Below are positions 63,483 through 64,000 of a stretch of DNA of 64,000 nt, one piece after another. Every line of letters starts with the position of its first letter. The stretch's first letter is position 1. This stretch comes from a virus: positions 22,044 to 86,043 of IMG/VR virus record IMGVR_UViG_3300036770_004917. One strand, 5' to 3'. A program made the translations under genes and the position numbers. The notes beneath the pieces are model-generated. The model had not been told where the DNA came from, searched no databases, and worked only from the letters and a program-made list of their open reading frames with translations.

Positions 63483-64000
63483 ATGGCCGAAGAGATTAAA
63501 TCAGAGTATGGCACAACTGTTCGTGATGCTACGTATTTTGGCTCCAAGAAAGACTTTTCTTTCCAGTTGGGGATTGTCGACTTGGGTGCGGATGCGGTTG
63601 GTCACATTTCTCGCGCAGTTCAAACGATTAGCGTAAGTTACTCAATGGATATGAGTCCTCAGGTATCTGTTCAATTATTCGACGTCAATATGCAGATGCT
63701 TGAAAACAACTATTTCAACATCGGACGACTATTCCTCTATAAATCCGAACGACGCACACAATTATCGCTTGAGGCAAATCTAAGCGGCGCAGCCGCTGAC
63801 GCTACCAATGGACAAACGTCAGTCACGGCCCCATCTGTGGGGAATCTCGCAACCGTAGAGTTTGCTTATAAGCGTTTCCTTTATGAGTTAGCATCACTGA
63901 GCGTTGGTCCAGGTCAAGGCTCGTCGCCGTCAATCACGCTCGAACTTAGGTCACAGCCGATTATGCAGATGAAGCGTGACCGAAATCCAGGTGCAATCAA
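63483..64000 (+). CDS. Baseplate hub-like protein, partial
   Basis: ATG 63483, open to the window end: MAEEIKSEY...ISVSYSMDMSPQVSVQLFD...ITLELRS. Confidence 0.55.
   Translation, partial: MAEEIKSEYGTTVRDATYFGSKKDFSFQLGIVDLGADAVGHISRAVQTISVSYSMDMSPQVSVQLFDVNMQMLENNYFNIGRLFLYKSERRTQLSLEANLSGAAADATNGQTSVTAPSVGNLATVEFAYKRFLYELASLSVGPGQGSSPSITLELRSQPIMQMKRDRNPGAI

Noticed and set aside
1-64000. Alternative genetic code or stop-codon reassignment
   Set aside because: ORFs of up to 10 kb are intact under the standard code, and genes end in TAA, TAG and TGA.

Overview
This is a 64-kb segment of a large contractile-tailed (myovirus-like) phage genome. The host is probably actinobacterial, judging from several leaderless extended -10 promoters. 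The left arm (minus strand, 1-34263) is a head-morphogenesis operon. It runs portal, HK97-family prohead protease, then very large multi-domain proteins (3322 aa, about 3370 aa, 1084 aa, about 680 aa, and a >785-aa ORF running off the left edge), plus a PepSY-containing scaffold-like protein. The major capsid gene is not visible in this window. The right arm (mostly plus strand) encodes terminase large subunit, Rad52/Sak-like and PD-(D/E)XK recombination genes, HNH, RuvC-like resolvase, dCMP deaminase, ParB-like proteins and class II RNR. It also carries two tRNA or tRNA-like genes, an array of short repeat-bounded genes, a PAPS-reductase-like/ParB pair, and the neck, sheath, tube, chaperone, tape measure and baseplate genes. 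The most striking signal is a candidate head-packaged polyprotein system. (i) The protease gene ends in an A-AAA-AAA slippery heptamer followed by a possible hairpin, and the -1 frame reads straight into the 3322-aa ORF. (ii) The giant proteins share short N-terminal motifs (DxDxDG..[ED]G.P..RP and RCP.G.....FTD....C) downstream of HK97-type K|S/A sites. (iii) Their enzyme-like domains (NUDIX, ADP-ribosyltransferase-like, zincin, KTSC, ParB/Srx, pentapeptide, kinase-like) are separated by a strongly over-represented (S)TRS/LRS motif. All domain calls come from recognising motifs by eye, with no database search.
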